From a virus (Duplodnaviria > Caudoviricetes): 24,301 nt of DNA. The stretch lies in the IMG/VR virus record IMGVR_UViG_3300009095_000073, positions 1 through 24,301 of that record; one strand, 5' to 3'. The position numbers were made by a program, and so were the translations under genes. The notes below the pieces were generated by a model. It had not been told where the DNA came from and made no database searches. It worked only from the letters and a program-made list of their open reading frames with translations. Below, piece by piece: positions 1 through 8,459 of this stretch (positions are counted from its first letter, which is position 1; every line of letters begins with the position of its first letter).

Positions 1-452
1 ACCGTGACCAGCGGGGCCGGCCAGCTCGGCTGCGAGCCGGTCATCCCCGACCAGTGGAACCCCAGCGCCACCAGGGCGTCGCCCGCCTCCGCCGCGACCG
101 GGGGAAGGTCCAGGGTCTGCGCGGAGTCCGAGGAGGCGACGCCCCAGGCGCGGATGCCGTCGGCGTCGCGCCACGACGTGCAGATGACGTGGTGATTGTG
201 CGACCCGTTCCACGTCCAGGTGTAGGCCCCAGGCTCAGAATCAGCCACGCGGCTGTACAGCCAGGAGGCGACGTTGCTGCCGACCTCCTCGCGATGCACC
301 AGCGTCCAGCCGGACGGCGGAGTGAGGACCGCGAAGTCGTTGGCGGACAGCCACGCCAGCATCACGTCGCCGTCGGCCGTCCCCGCGGGGACGGCGACGG
401 TGGCGGCGGCGGTGAATCCCCCGGCCGTGGCGGCGGCGACGAAGGAGGGCAC
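1..452 (-). CDS. Minor tail / tail fibre-like protein, N-terminal part (runs off the left window edge)
   Basis: Absent from the ORF track because no stop lies in the window. GGAGG RBS then GTG at 452, open to position 1: MPSFVAAATAGGFTAAATVAVPAGTADGDVMLAWLSANDFAVLTPPSGWTLV...EPGAYTWTW. Beta-rich sequence typical of actinophage tail proteins; high GC3. Confidence 0.75.
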   Translation of the reverse strand, partial: MPSFVAAATAGGFTAAATVAVPAGTADGDVMLAWLSANDFAVLTPPSGWTLVHREEVGSNVASWLYSRVADSEPGAYTWTWNGSHNHHVICTSWRDADGIRAWGVASSDSAQTLDLPPVAAEAGDALVALGFHWSGMTGSQPSWPAPLVT

Positions 453-461
453 AAGCACCTC

Positions 462-818
462 CTACGAAGGACGCGGCTCGGAGACCACCGGGGCGACGGA
501 CAGACGGATGAACGGGTCGGTCGGCTGCACCTCGCGCGGCTCGATCAGCGCCCGCGACCCCAGCCACGTGCTCCCGTCCCAGAACCCGACGTGCGTCACC
601 GTCGCCGCGGTCCCGGGCGCACCGAATTCGATCGGGTCGGCCAGGTCCGCGATCCCGCCGGAAGGGGCGGCGTAGGTCGGCGCCTGGCGAGCGTAGCCGC
701 CGCCCGACAGCTCGTCGGCCCCCGTCGAGCCGCCATTGGCGGTGTGCAGCGACAGGTGCGTGATCGAGCCGGCCAGCCCTGCGGTGGCGCGGTTCAGCGC
801 AGGCGTCTGAATCGCCAT
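462..818 (-). CDS. Small minor tail / tail fibre-associated protein (118 aa)
   Basis: GGAGG RBS; motifs LSLHTA...ELSGGGYARQA...TVTHVGFWDG as seen in small actinophage tail proteins; lies in the tail module. Confidence 0.75.
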   Translation of the reverse strand: MAIQTPALNRATAGLAGSITHLSLHTANGGSTGADELSGGGYARQAPTYAAPSGGIADLADPIEFGAPGTAATVTHVGFWDGSTWLGSRALIEPREVQPTDPFIRLSVAPVVSEPRPS

Positions 819-827
819 GGTCGCCTC

Positions 828-1019
828 CTACAGGGCGTCGACGTCGGAGCGCAGCGCGGCCAGCGCCGCCTGCAGGTCCTGGACGGTGTCGAGGTGCTGC
901 TCGTGGTCGGCCGGCTCGACGGCGTAGGCCGCGAGGATGTTGAGCTGGTCGAGTGCGGAGTCAGCGCCGTCCAGGGCGGAGCTCATGGCCGCCTTGTAGG
1001 GCGGGGTCATGTCTGCCAC
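828..1019 (-). CDS. Hypothetical helical protein (63 aa)
   Basis: GAGGAGG RBS before GTG; tightly packed between neighbours; acidic amphipathic helices. Confidence 0.7.
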   Translation of the reverse strand: MADMTPPYKAAMSSALDGADSALDQLNILAAYAVEPADHEQHLDTVQDLQAALAALRSDVDAL

Positions 1020-1020
1020 G

Positions 1021-1242
1021 TCAGTCCTCCTCTTCGGGCGGGGGGAGCTCGGTGGGCGGGTCGTAGGGCCGGATCGCGGTGATCATCGCGACCATCCCGC
1101 CCAGCCCGGCCTCCAGCGCCGCGAGGTGGGTGGCGCGGTTGGCCAGGGTCGGCACCGAGGAGGCCATGGCGTGCAGCCGGTTGACGTGCCGGATCGCGTC
1201 GTCCAGGGCCTCCAGGGCGACGCCCTGGGGTTCGGGTTCCAC
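1021..1242 (-). CDS. Hypothetical helical protein (73 aa)
   Basis: GGAGG RBS just after the upstream stop; GTG start; high GC3. Confidence 0.7.
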   Translation of the reverse strand: MEPEPQGVALEALDDAIRHVNRLHAMASSVPTLANRATHLAALEAGLGGMVAMITAIRPYDPPTELPPPEEED

Positions 1243-1251
1243 GGGTGCCTC

Positions 1252-2265
1252 CTACAGCTGGGCGGCCGGAGCGGGGATTTCGAGGAACTGCAGGTCGACC
1301 GCGAAGTTCGCCCAGTTGTCGGCCACGAGGCGGCCGCGGTATCCGGCGGTTCCGGAGACGTACATCCGCAGCTGCAGTGTCAGGCCGCGCAGGCTCGCGG
1401 GGATGGCGATCTGGTCGTAGTTGACGAACCCGCACCGGTACCCGTTCGTCGGGCTGGTCTGGTTCATGTTGTAGGCCGACGGCGTGGTCTGCAAAAACAC
1501 CGGCCCTCCAGCGAATCCGACGAACGCCTGACCGCGCGCGTCGTGCGCTCCGCTCGTGCCGCCGTTGGCGGCGAGCAGCATGTTCTGCCAGCTGCCGAGG
1601 ACCTGCACCTGGGTGGCCCAGGAGGGCACGGTGACGCTCCACTCGTGCTGGGGAAACCGCTCGTAGTCGGGGGCGACGATGTTCCCGGCCTCGTCCCACT
1701 CGCCGTTTTCGATTGTGCCGCCGCGCTGCACTCGCAGGACCCGCTCGCTCTTGGGGACGGCCGAGCGCCGCAGGTCAGTGATCATGCCGGCCGTGACGGT
1801 GCCTGTGGACGCGGGCAGGGTGATGCGGGCGAGCGGAATCGCGGTCATCCCCGCCGGCGGCTGCGTCGCGGTGCTGGAAACGCCCTCGATGACGCGGAAG
1901 TAGTAGACGGGATCGCTGGTCACGTCGTGCGACCAGCTCGTGCCGTCGATGTTGGGGTCCTCGACGCGCAGCACGATCATGTCGGTGCGCCCGCCGCCGG
2001 ACCCCGTCGGCGAAATCGGAACCGTCTCCTCGCCGACGTTGTAGGCAAAGTACGACCCCTGGAACTGCTGCTCCCGCCCGAGGATGGTCGCGCCGCCGGA
2101 GGTGATGCGCACGCCGGTGCCGGGCACCGCGAGCGGCAGCACCCGCAGGTGATCGGCATCCACCACGCCGTTGCCCGACGCGGTGCCGGACTGGTGCTGC
2201 AGGCGCGCGATCCGCGCCGAGGACTGGGCGCCGGTGACCGCCCAGGAGTCCATCTCCAAAGCCAT
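1252..2265 (-). CDS. Minor tail (baseplate/receptor-binding-type) protein (337 aa)
   Basis: GGAGG RBS; motifs QGSYFAYN, GRTDMIVLRVEDP, IPLARITLPAST...MITDLR typical of actinophage minor tail proteins; follows Dit. Confidence 0.8.
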   Translation of the reverse strand: MALEMDSWAVTGAQSSARIARLQHQSGTASGNGVVDADHLRVLPLAVPGTGVRITSGGATILGREQQFQGSYFAYNVGEETVPISPTGSGGGRTDMIVLRVEDPNIDGTSWSHDVTSDPVYYFRVIEGVSSTATQPPAGMTAIPLARITLPASTGTVTAGMITDLRRSAVPKSERVLRVQRGGTIENGEWDEAGNIVAPDYERFPQHEWSVTVPSWATQVQVLGSWQNMLLAANGGTSGAHDARGQAFVGFAGGPVFLQTTPSAYNMNQTSPTNGYRCGFVNYDQIAIPASLRGLTLQLRMYVSGTAGYRGRLVADNWANFAVDLQFLEIPAPAAQL

Positions 2266-2273
2266 GAAGCCTC

Positions 2274-3170
2274 CTAAGGCGAAGTGAACGCGTCCCGCCA
2301 GCTGACGACGCAGCGGGACTGGCCGGACAGGTCAGTGCCGCGGTAGGCGAGCACCGTCTGCCCGACGGGCAGTTGGAAATCCGACAAGGCGGCGCCGCGG
2401 GCGACCCCGGCGAAGCTCGCGCCGTCGTCCCGCAGGATGCTGCGGACCCACGGCCGGGTGTCGATCGTGATCGACCGGTCGAACGCCAGCGTCGTATCCA
2501 GCCGCAGCACCCGGCCGGTCCCGACGAGCTCGACGCTGGGGTTGGCGACCGGGCCGTAGATCGTGATCACCGGCCACGTCGGCGCATCACCCCTGTTGAC
2601 CACGGCGTCCTGCCGCTGGCCCTGCGTCCCCCAGGTGATGGGCCACGTGACCGGCCACACGATGCCGCCGCCGGCGGAGGCGACCAGCGTCAGCGTGATC
2701 TGACGCGCCGCCCCCTCCTCGCCGACCTCGCCGTAGAACAGGCTGTCCGCGGCCTGGAACGTGGCCGTGGCGTCGATCCGGCCCACTTTGCGCAGCGCCG
2801 CCGAGGAGGTGACCTCCAGGCTTCGCGGCCGGCCGTAGACCACGACCGTGCGGCTGCCGGGCTGGCGGATGCGCAGCGCAACGACCCGGCGCGGGGTGCG
2901 CCGGGCCGCCGCCGCGTCCCATTCGGCCGCCAGCTCACCGAACAGGGCCCGCGCCTCGTCCGGATCCCGCCGCAGCACCGACAGCTCGAACGTGATGTCC
3001 GATCCGCGCTTGGCGTCGCGGCCGAACACAATCCCGTCCTGGCCCGGAAGGTCGGTGTCGCCGAGCTCCGCCTCGGCGGCGCCGACCTCGAACACCCGCA
3101 CCTCGATCGGCAGATCCCTGCCGAATACGACGCGCCCGAGCTGGAATTGGGTCTCCTCCAGGGCTGCCAC
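2274..3170 (-). CDS. Distal tail protein (Dit)-like minor tail protein (298 aa)
   Basis: Start re-called to the GTG at 3170 overlapping the TMP stop (TAGTG). First gene after TMP; motifs WPVTWPITW, VNRGDAPTWPVITIYGPVANP, C-terminal WRDAF. Confidence 0.8.
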   Translation of the reverse strand: MAALEETQFQLGRVVFGRDLPIEVRVFEVGAAEAELGDTDLPGQDGIVFGRDAKRGSDITFELSVLRRDPDEARALFGELAAEWDAAAARRTPRRVVALRIRQPGSRTVVVYGRPRSLEVTSSAALRKVGRIDATATFQAADSLFYGEVGEEGAARQITLTLVASAGGGIVWPVTWPITWGTQGQRQDAVVNRGDAPTWPVITIYGPVANPSVELVGTGRVLRLDTTLAFDRSITIDTRPWVRSILRDDGASFAGVARGAALSDFQLPVGQTVLAYRGTDLSGQSRCVVSWRDAFTSP

Positions 3171-6100
3171 TAGGCCCCCCGTCCGGCATGCACGCCGCCG
3201 CGGCGGCGCTTGCGCAGCTCCAGATCGATCTCCCGGAACGCCTCGCGCACCGTCGCCTCCGACTCGTACAGGTGCACGTGGGCGTCGCGCATCAGCTCGC
3301 CGCCGTCGCGGCCGGCGGCCGACTCGGCGATGCGGTGCATGTCGCGCCACTGCGCCGAGGTGAGCACCGGCTCCGGGCGACCCGACCGGTTGCTGACGAG
3401 CGTCGTCCCCGGCTGGACGTAGCCGCCGGAGTCGTAGAGCGCCCGCATGATCGGGGTCTTCGTGTCGCCCGGGTCCTGGCGGGCGATCTTGCGGATGAGC
3501 GGCGCGGACATGGTGCCGCCCCGCGCGAACGTCGCGTCACCGCCCCGGCCCTCGACTTTCGCACTCGGCTTCCAGCGAGGCCGGTAGACGTAGGTCGGGG
3601 TCTCGTAGTAGCGGCTCGACATGCGGACGTTGTTGCCCTCGTTGCCGCCGATCGTGCCGTATTTCGACGTCGCCAGATTGACGTGCCGCGACCCATACAC
3701 GAGCACGTCGCCAGGCTGGCGATTCGCCTGGCCGACATTTTTCATCGCACCGCGGTACTGGTCGACGTGGGCGACCTTGGCCGCCCTGCCCAGCGAGCCG
3801 GACGCATTCGCCTTGGCGAACAGCCAGCTGATGAACATCGCGCAGTTGTGGACGTGCACACCGTCGGCGATGAAGGCGTGCTCGCCCGGCACGGTGAGGT
3901 CATAGACCTCCTCGACCCGGCCGGTCTCCTCCACCGAGCGCACCGGCACCCACAGCACGCCGTCCTCGATGTACCAGGACGCCCGCGAGTGCGTGGCCTC
4001 CGGCTGGAACGTCACCGCGAACGCGCGCCGCGTAGCGACCGTGCGGCCCTCGATCACCATCTCGCCGGCCTCGCGCACCACACGCACCGACGGGATGTGC
4101 CCCAGGGACCGCAGCAGCTCCGACAGCGACACCGCCAGCTCGCGCGAGACGGTCGTGCACTGCCACACGCCGCGGCCGTCCAGGTGACCGTCCCCGCCGA
4201 GGTAGCCGCGCAGGAACGCCTCCCGCGCGTCGGCGTCGGCGTTGAGCACCAGCCCCGGCACGCGCTTGCCGTGCGCCAGGTCTCCAGCCTGCCCGCACAG
4301 CTCGTACAGCTCGGCGTCGTAGACCGTCACCGCCGCCGAGGTCCGGCCGTAGGTGACGTGCGGCTCCCACCCAGCGGCCTTCACCGCGGCCACGAGGCGC
4401 TCCACCTGGTCGGAGGAGTCGCTGATCTGCACGCCGCGATCCCGGTGCAGCCGGTGCCCGTCGGCCACGTACACGCCGAGCAGGTGGGCCACGTCCACGT
4501 CGACGGGCCGGTTCTCACCCTCGGTGAGCGGGACGGCGATCATGTCGCCGCGCTGCAGTCCGCCGGCCTTGATCCACTCCGGGGCGCCGTGCTTGCCGCG
4601 GCGCGCCCAGTAGGGGTGGTCGGCGGTAGGCGACATGGGGGCCACGCCGAACGCCTTGAGCTCCAGCACCGGCTTGACGCGCTTCAGCAGAGCCGAGGTG
4701 CGCGCCGTCTTCCCCGACGGGGTTACGACCGGGGTGCCCGGTTCCACCTGCTCGATCGGCAGGTAGCCGTCCGGGGTGCGGACCAGTGTCCCCGCGGGGA
4801 AGCACCACGGCTGGCCATTCATTCCATACCAGCGCGTGATCGCGTTGGTGTTATTCCCGCCGGACTCTGGGTATTTCCCGACGGCGGCCCGCGCGACCTT
4901 CAGGACGTTTCGAGCTTCACCCTTCACTCCGGAAAGACTGAAGCCTTCGTCCATGAAGAAGCTGGCGAAGGACTCGATTTTCTCCTTCAGGCTCTTATTG
5001 AACTTGCCGACCATCTGGTACGGGGCACCAGGGAATCCCGTCTTCCCGAACTTCCCGGTCAGCTCCTTAGCGGGCTTGAACACCTTGTCAACAGCCGACC
5101 CCAGATCCCCGGTGAAAACGTCGACCGCGATGTCCTTGATGAACTTCGCGACCTTCCCCAGGAATCCGGACGCATCCGGCGCGATATCCCGCACTCCCAG
5201 CCAGCCGCCCTTGGCGAACCGCTTCGGCGCACCCCACACGCCGCCCCGCGCGAACCCCAGCGCATCGCGGACGCCAGACACGCCACCGCTGCGAGCAGCG
5301 GCGTTGATCCGCTCCACCCCGGAGGTGCCCAGCGCCCGGGTGACTTCAGGGCGCATGATCGCCTCACCGCCGGACAGCGCAAGCGCGCCGCCGGTGGGAC
5401 TGTAGAACATGTGGATGTCACGGCCCGGCGAATACCCGGGCAGCACGCCGCCGGAAGCGAACTCCTTGACCTTGCCGATCTTGTCGGCTCCGACGATTCC
5501 GGCAACCTTGTTCCACACCGCGCGGATACCGTCGTTATAGACGGTGCCGATCAGGAAATTAACCGGCGTCTTCGCGGAGTCCCGGATTCCCTTCCACGCC
5601 TTCCCTATGGCCTCCTTGCCGTTATTGAAGGCGTCGCGCATCGCACGGACGCCCTCGCGGACCTTGGCGAAGGCGGGCTTGATTCCGTTGTTCCACACGG
5701 AATTGATCGTGGACGAGATACCGGACCAGACCGGCTTGATCACGTTGTTCCACAGCCACCTGAATACGCTTCCCAGCGGCCCAATAATGTAGGTCCGCAG
5801 TGCGCTCCAGATGCCCTTGATGATGTTCCACGCCGTGCGGATCGTCGCTTGGATCCCAGCCCAGACCGGCTTGATGACCGAGTTCCACAACCATTTGAAT
5901 ACGGTCGCCAGTGTGCCGATCACATATGTCCGAAGCAGGTTCCACACCGGCTTGATCTGCGAGTTCCACACGAAGCTGATGTAGGAGGCGATGAACCCGA
6001 ACGCGGGCTTGATGATCGAGTTCCACAGCCACATCACGACCGGCGCGAGCACGTTGCGGATGTAGGACATCCACAGGTTGAAGACCGGCTGGATGACGGT

Positions 6101-8437
6101 GGTCCACAGCCATACGGCGATGTCGGCGATGAACCCGAAGGCGGGCTTGATCGCATTGGTCCACAGCCACATCGCCGCGGCCGCGAGCAGCTTGAAAGCG
6201 ATCACCGTCGGCGCGATCAGCCCGGTCAGCAGCGCCGTGACCAGCGTCCGCGCGGCGCCGTCGATGAAGCCGAACGCGGGCTTGATCGCCGATTCCCACA
6301 GCCACAGCGCCCACTCACCGACCGTCTTGGCGCCGGCGACGATGCCGTCCCAGGCGGGCTTCAGGGCGTTGGTCCACAGCCACATCGCGGCCTGGCCGAC
6401 CCACTTCGCGCCGGCCACGATCCCATCGAACGCCGGCTTGAGCCCGTTGTCCCAGATCCACACGGCGGCGGTCTTGATCGCCGACGCGACCGTGTCGACG
6501 ACGGTCCGGAAGCCCTCGAAATTCTTGTAGGCGTAGATCACGCCGGCGACCAGGGCCGCGATCGCGATCACGATCAACCCGATCGGGTTCGCCGACAGGG
6601 CGACGTTCAAAATCGCCTGCGCCGCGGCCCACGCCATGGTGGCGGCGCGGATGGCGACCATGGCCACGACCGCGCCGCCGAGCGCCGCACCGAGCACGCG
6701 CACGACGCCCTCGTTCTCGCGCATCCACCCGGCCATGGACTTCAGCAGGTCACCGACCGGCCCCATGACCTTCAGCGCGCCGACGAACGCGGTGCCGATC
6801 ACCGTGCCGAAGGAGCGCAGGGCGGGCAGGGCGGCCGCGCCAAATTCCTTGGCCCCCTGCACCAGGTTCATGAAGCCGTCGATGATCCCGGCGCCGCGCA
6901 GCGTGGAGCCGATGCGCGACATGACCCCGGGCAGGCTGTCCAGCCCGGACTCCACGGCATCGCCCAGCCGGCCCAGGCCCGGGGCGAGCCGGTTCAGGCC
7001 CGTCTCGACCAGCTCAGCGGTTTTCACCTGGACCATGGAGACGATCCCGGTGAAAGTGCTCCGGAAAGTCGCGCTGACCCCCTTGGCCGAGTTCTCGGTC
7101 ATCTCCCAGAACTTCGACATTGAGGGGTCGTTCATAACGTGCATGAGGTCTTCGAAGGAGATCTTTCCTTCGGAGGCCATCTTCTTGATTTCGCCCGAGG
7201 ATTTGTTGAGGTGCTGGGCGAGGGCGTCGAAGATCGGGAAACCGACGCGGGAAATCTGGTTCAGCTCACCGACGAACGCGTTCCCCTGAACCTGGCTCGT
7301 GAGCAGGGCGTTCGACACCGACTCGACAGCCGCCGCGGCGTTGCCGGGAAGGGCGCCGGCGGCGGTGTCGATGTTGCGGATCATGTTCGTGGCCTTTTCG
7401 CCCTCGAACCCCATGTACGCCAAATTGGCGGCCAGGGAATTCAGGACGCCGACACCGACCGACGACCGGGAGAATTCGTCGTTGATCGAGGCGACCATGG
7501 CGTTCGCCTGCTCGGCGTCGCCGTACATGCCAGTCAAGCTCGCGCGCGCTTCATTGATCGCGGTGGAAGTGTTGAAAACACCGCTGACGAACTGGCCGAT
7601 GCCGATCGCGCCCAGCGCGGTCGCGCCGATCGCGCCCAGGCTCCGCAGCGACGCGCCGATGCCTCCGATCCCGGAGGACGCCTGAGACGCCCCCTGCGTC
7701 AGCGACGCGATCCCGGACCGGACCCGGGAGAACGCGCTGGCGCCTGCCGAGCGCACCGCGCTGAACGCCGTCCCGGCGCCGGACTGGATCGCCCCGAAGG
7801 CTTTGCCGGCGGTGGCGCCGGCCGTGGTCAGCCCGGTGCCCACGGCGCGCACCGCGGTCACGCCGGGCTGCACGGCCGTGCGGACGACCCCGCCGAGCGT
7901 GCCCAACCGCCCCGAGAACGCGCTGGCCGCCGCGGCGGAATTGGTGAAACCGTCCTTGAACCGTCCGACGGCCTGCACCGCAGGGGTGAGCGTCCGGCCC
8001 GCGATTCCTCCGAGCGTGCCCATGCGGCCGCTGAAAGCCGAAGCCGCAGCGGCGGCGGAGCGGAAGCCGTCGCGGAACCGCCCCACCGACTGGGCGGCGG
8101 GTGCCACCGCGCGCGAGGTGACGCCGCCGAGCGAGCCCATCCGGCCCGTGAATGCGCTCGCCGCCGCGTCAGCCGCTTTGAAGCCCGCGGTGAAGTTGGC
8201 GACCGCGCGCGTCATCATGTTCGTCGACCCGACGAAAGTCGCCTGCATCCGGCGAGAATTCGCCGTCATCCGCCTGGACATGGCGCCGGCGGTCGAGTCC
8301 GCCATGGCCGTGCCCATGGAGGTGCCCGCCCCCGCGGCGGCGACCTTGGCCGCGGACGTGGCCTGCTTCTGCAGGTTGCTCGCGAACCCCTGCATGCTCG
8401 GCAGGACGTTGATCCAGACAGCGCCGACGGTCGCCAC
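3170..8437 (-). CDS. Tape measure protein with C-terminal CHAP peptidoglycan hydrolase interrupted by an intein (1755 aa precursor, about 1435 aa spliced)
   Basis: Longest ORF, directly after the chaperones. Ala/Gly-rich; tape-measure domain (ELNQISRVGFPIFDALAQHL...MASEGKISF); periodic W/F repeats (WLWNSIIKPAF); ANPIGLIVIAIAALVAG; FAxGG motifs; CHAP motifs PW|CAMFISW, PGDVLVY, HV, TIGGN. Confidence 0.95.
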   Translation of the reverse strand: MATVGAVWINVLPSMQGFASNLQKQATSAAKVAAAGAGTSMGTAMADSTAGAMSRRMTANSRRMQATFVGSTNMMTRAVANFTAGFKAADAAASAFTGRMGSLGGVTSRAVAPAAQSVGRFRDGFRSAAAAASAFSGRMGTLGGIAGRTLTPAVQAVGRFKDGFTNSAAAASAFSGRLGTLGGVVRTAVQPGVTAVRAVGTGLTTAGATAGKAFGAIQSGAGTAFSAVRSAGASAFSRVRSGIASLTQGASQASSGIGGIGASLRSLGAIGATALGAIGIGQFVSGVFNTSTAINEARASLTGMYGDAEQANAMVASINDEFSRSSVGVGVLNSLAANLAYMGFEGEKATNMIRNIDTAAGALPGNAAAAVESVSNALLTSQVQGNAFVGELNQISRVGFPIFDALAQHLNKSSGEIKKMASEGKISFEDLMHVMNDPSMSKFWEMTENSAKGVSATFRSTFTGIVSMVQVKTAELVETGLNRLAPGLGRLGDAVESGLDSLPGVMSRIGSTLRGAGIIDGFMNLVQGAKEFGAAALPALRSFGTVIGTAFVGALKVMGPVGDLLKSMAGWMRENEGVVRVLGAALGGAVVAMVAIRAATMAWAAAQAILNVALSANPIGLIVIAIAALVAGVIYAYKNFEGFRTVVDTVASAIKTAAVWIWDNGLKPAFDGIVAGAKWVGQAAMWLWTNALKPAWDGIVAGAKTVGEWALWLWESAIKPAFGFIDGAARTLVTALLTGLIAPTVIAFKLLAAAAMWLWTNAIKPAFGFIADIAVWLWTTVIQPVFNLWMSYIRNVLAPVVMWLWNSIIKPAFGFIASYISFVWNSQIKPVWNLLRTYVIGTLATVFKWLWNSVIKPVWAGIQATIRTAWNIIKGIWSALRTYIIGPLGSVFRWLWNNVIKPVWSGISSTINSVWNNGIKPAFAKVREGVRAMRDAFNNGKEAIGKAWKGIRDSAKTPVNFLIGTVYNDGIRAVWNKVAGIVGADKIGKVKEFASGGVLPGYSPGRDIHMFYSPTGGALALSGGEAIMRPEVTRALGTSGVERINAAARSGGVSGVRDALGFARGGVWGAPKRFAKGGWLGVRDIAPDASGFLGKVAKFIKDIAVDVFTGDLGSAVDKVFKPAKELTGKFGKTGFPGAPYQMVGKFNKSLKEKIESFASFFMDEGFSLSGVKGEARNVLKVARAAVGKYPESGGNNTNAITRWYGMNGQPWCFPAGTLVRTPDGYLPIEQVEPGTPVVTPSGKTARTSALLKRVKPVLELKAFGVAPMSPTADHPYWARRGKHGAPEWIKAGGLQRGDMIAVPLTEGENRPVDVDVAHLLGVYVADGHRLHRDRGVQISDSSDQVERLVAAVKAAGWEPHVTYGRTSAAVTVYDAELYELCGQAGDLAHGKRVPGLVLNADADAREAFLRGYLGGDGHLDGRGVWQCTTVSRELAVSLSELLRSLGHIPSVRVVREAGEMVIEGRTVATRRAFAVTFQPEATHSRASWYIEDGVLWVPVRSVEETGRVEEVYDLTVPGEHAFIADGVHVHNCAMFISWLFAKANASGSLGRAAKVAHVDQYRGAMKNVGQANRQPGDVLVYGSRHVNLATSKYGTIGGNEGNNVRMSSRYYETPTYVYRPRWKPSAKVEGRGGDATFARGGTMSAPLIRKIARQDPGDTKTPIMRALYDSGGYVQPGTTLVSNRSGRPEPVLTSAQWRDMHRIAESAAGRDGGELMRDAHVHLYESEATVREAFREIDLELRKRRRGGVHAGRGA
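3845..4804 (-). mobile_element. Class 1 intein with LAGLIDADG (DOD) homing endonuclease, 320 aa (TMP residues 1212-1531)
   Basis: Block A CFPAGTLV (Cys1 codon 4802-4804); block B TADHPYW; LAGLIDADG blocks LLGVYVADG and FLRGYLGGDG; block H TVSRELAVSLSELLRSLG; blocks F/G VYDLTVPGEHAFIADGVHVHN followed by +1 Cys (codon 3842-3844). Confidence 0.95.
7832..8182 (-). repeat. Three tandem 117-bp (39-aa) repeats in the TMP N-terminus
   Basis: FKAADAAASAFTGRMGSLGG.../FRSAAAAASAFSGRMGTLGG.../FTNSAAAASAFSGRLGTLGG...; leading Phe codons at 8182, 8065 and 7948. Confidence 0.9.
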
Positions 8438-8459
8438 GAGGGGGTCACCCCCTCTACGG

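Noticed and set aside
5700-6480. Recurring CCACAGCCAC / GGCTTGAT units suggesting a CRISPR or DGR repeat
   Set aside because: They encode the normal WLW..IKP periodic repeats of the TMP; no constant repeat-spacer pattern, cas gene or reverse transcriptase is present.
3188-7123. 1311-aa plus-strand ORF, and similar long plus-strand ORFs (54-1082, 1009-2277, 7139-8488, 14153-16246)
   Set aside because: Antisense shadows of real minus-strand genes; high GC3 removes stop codons; Arg/His/Pro-rich with no recognisable motifs.
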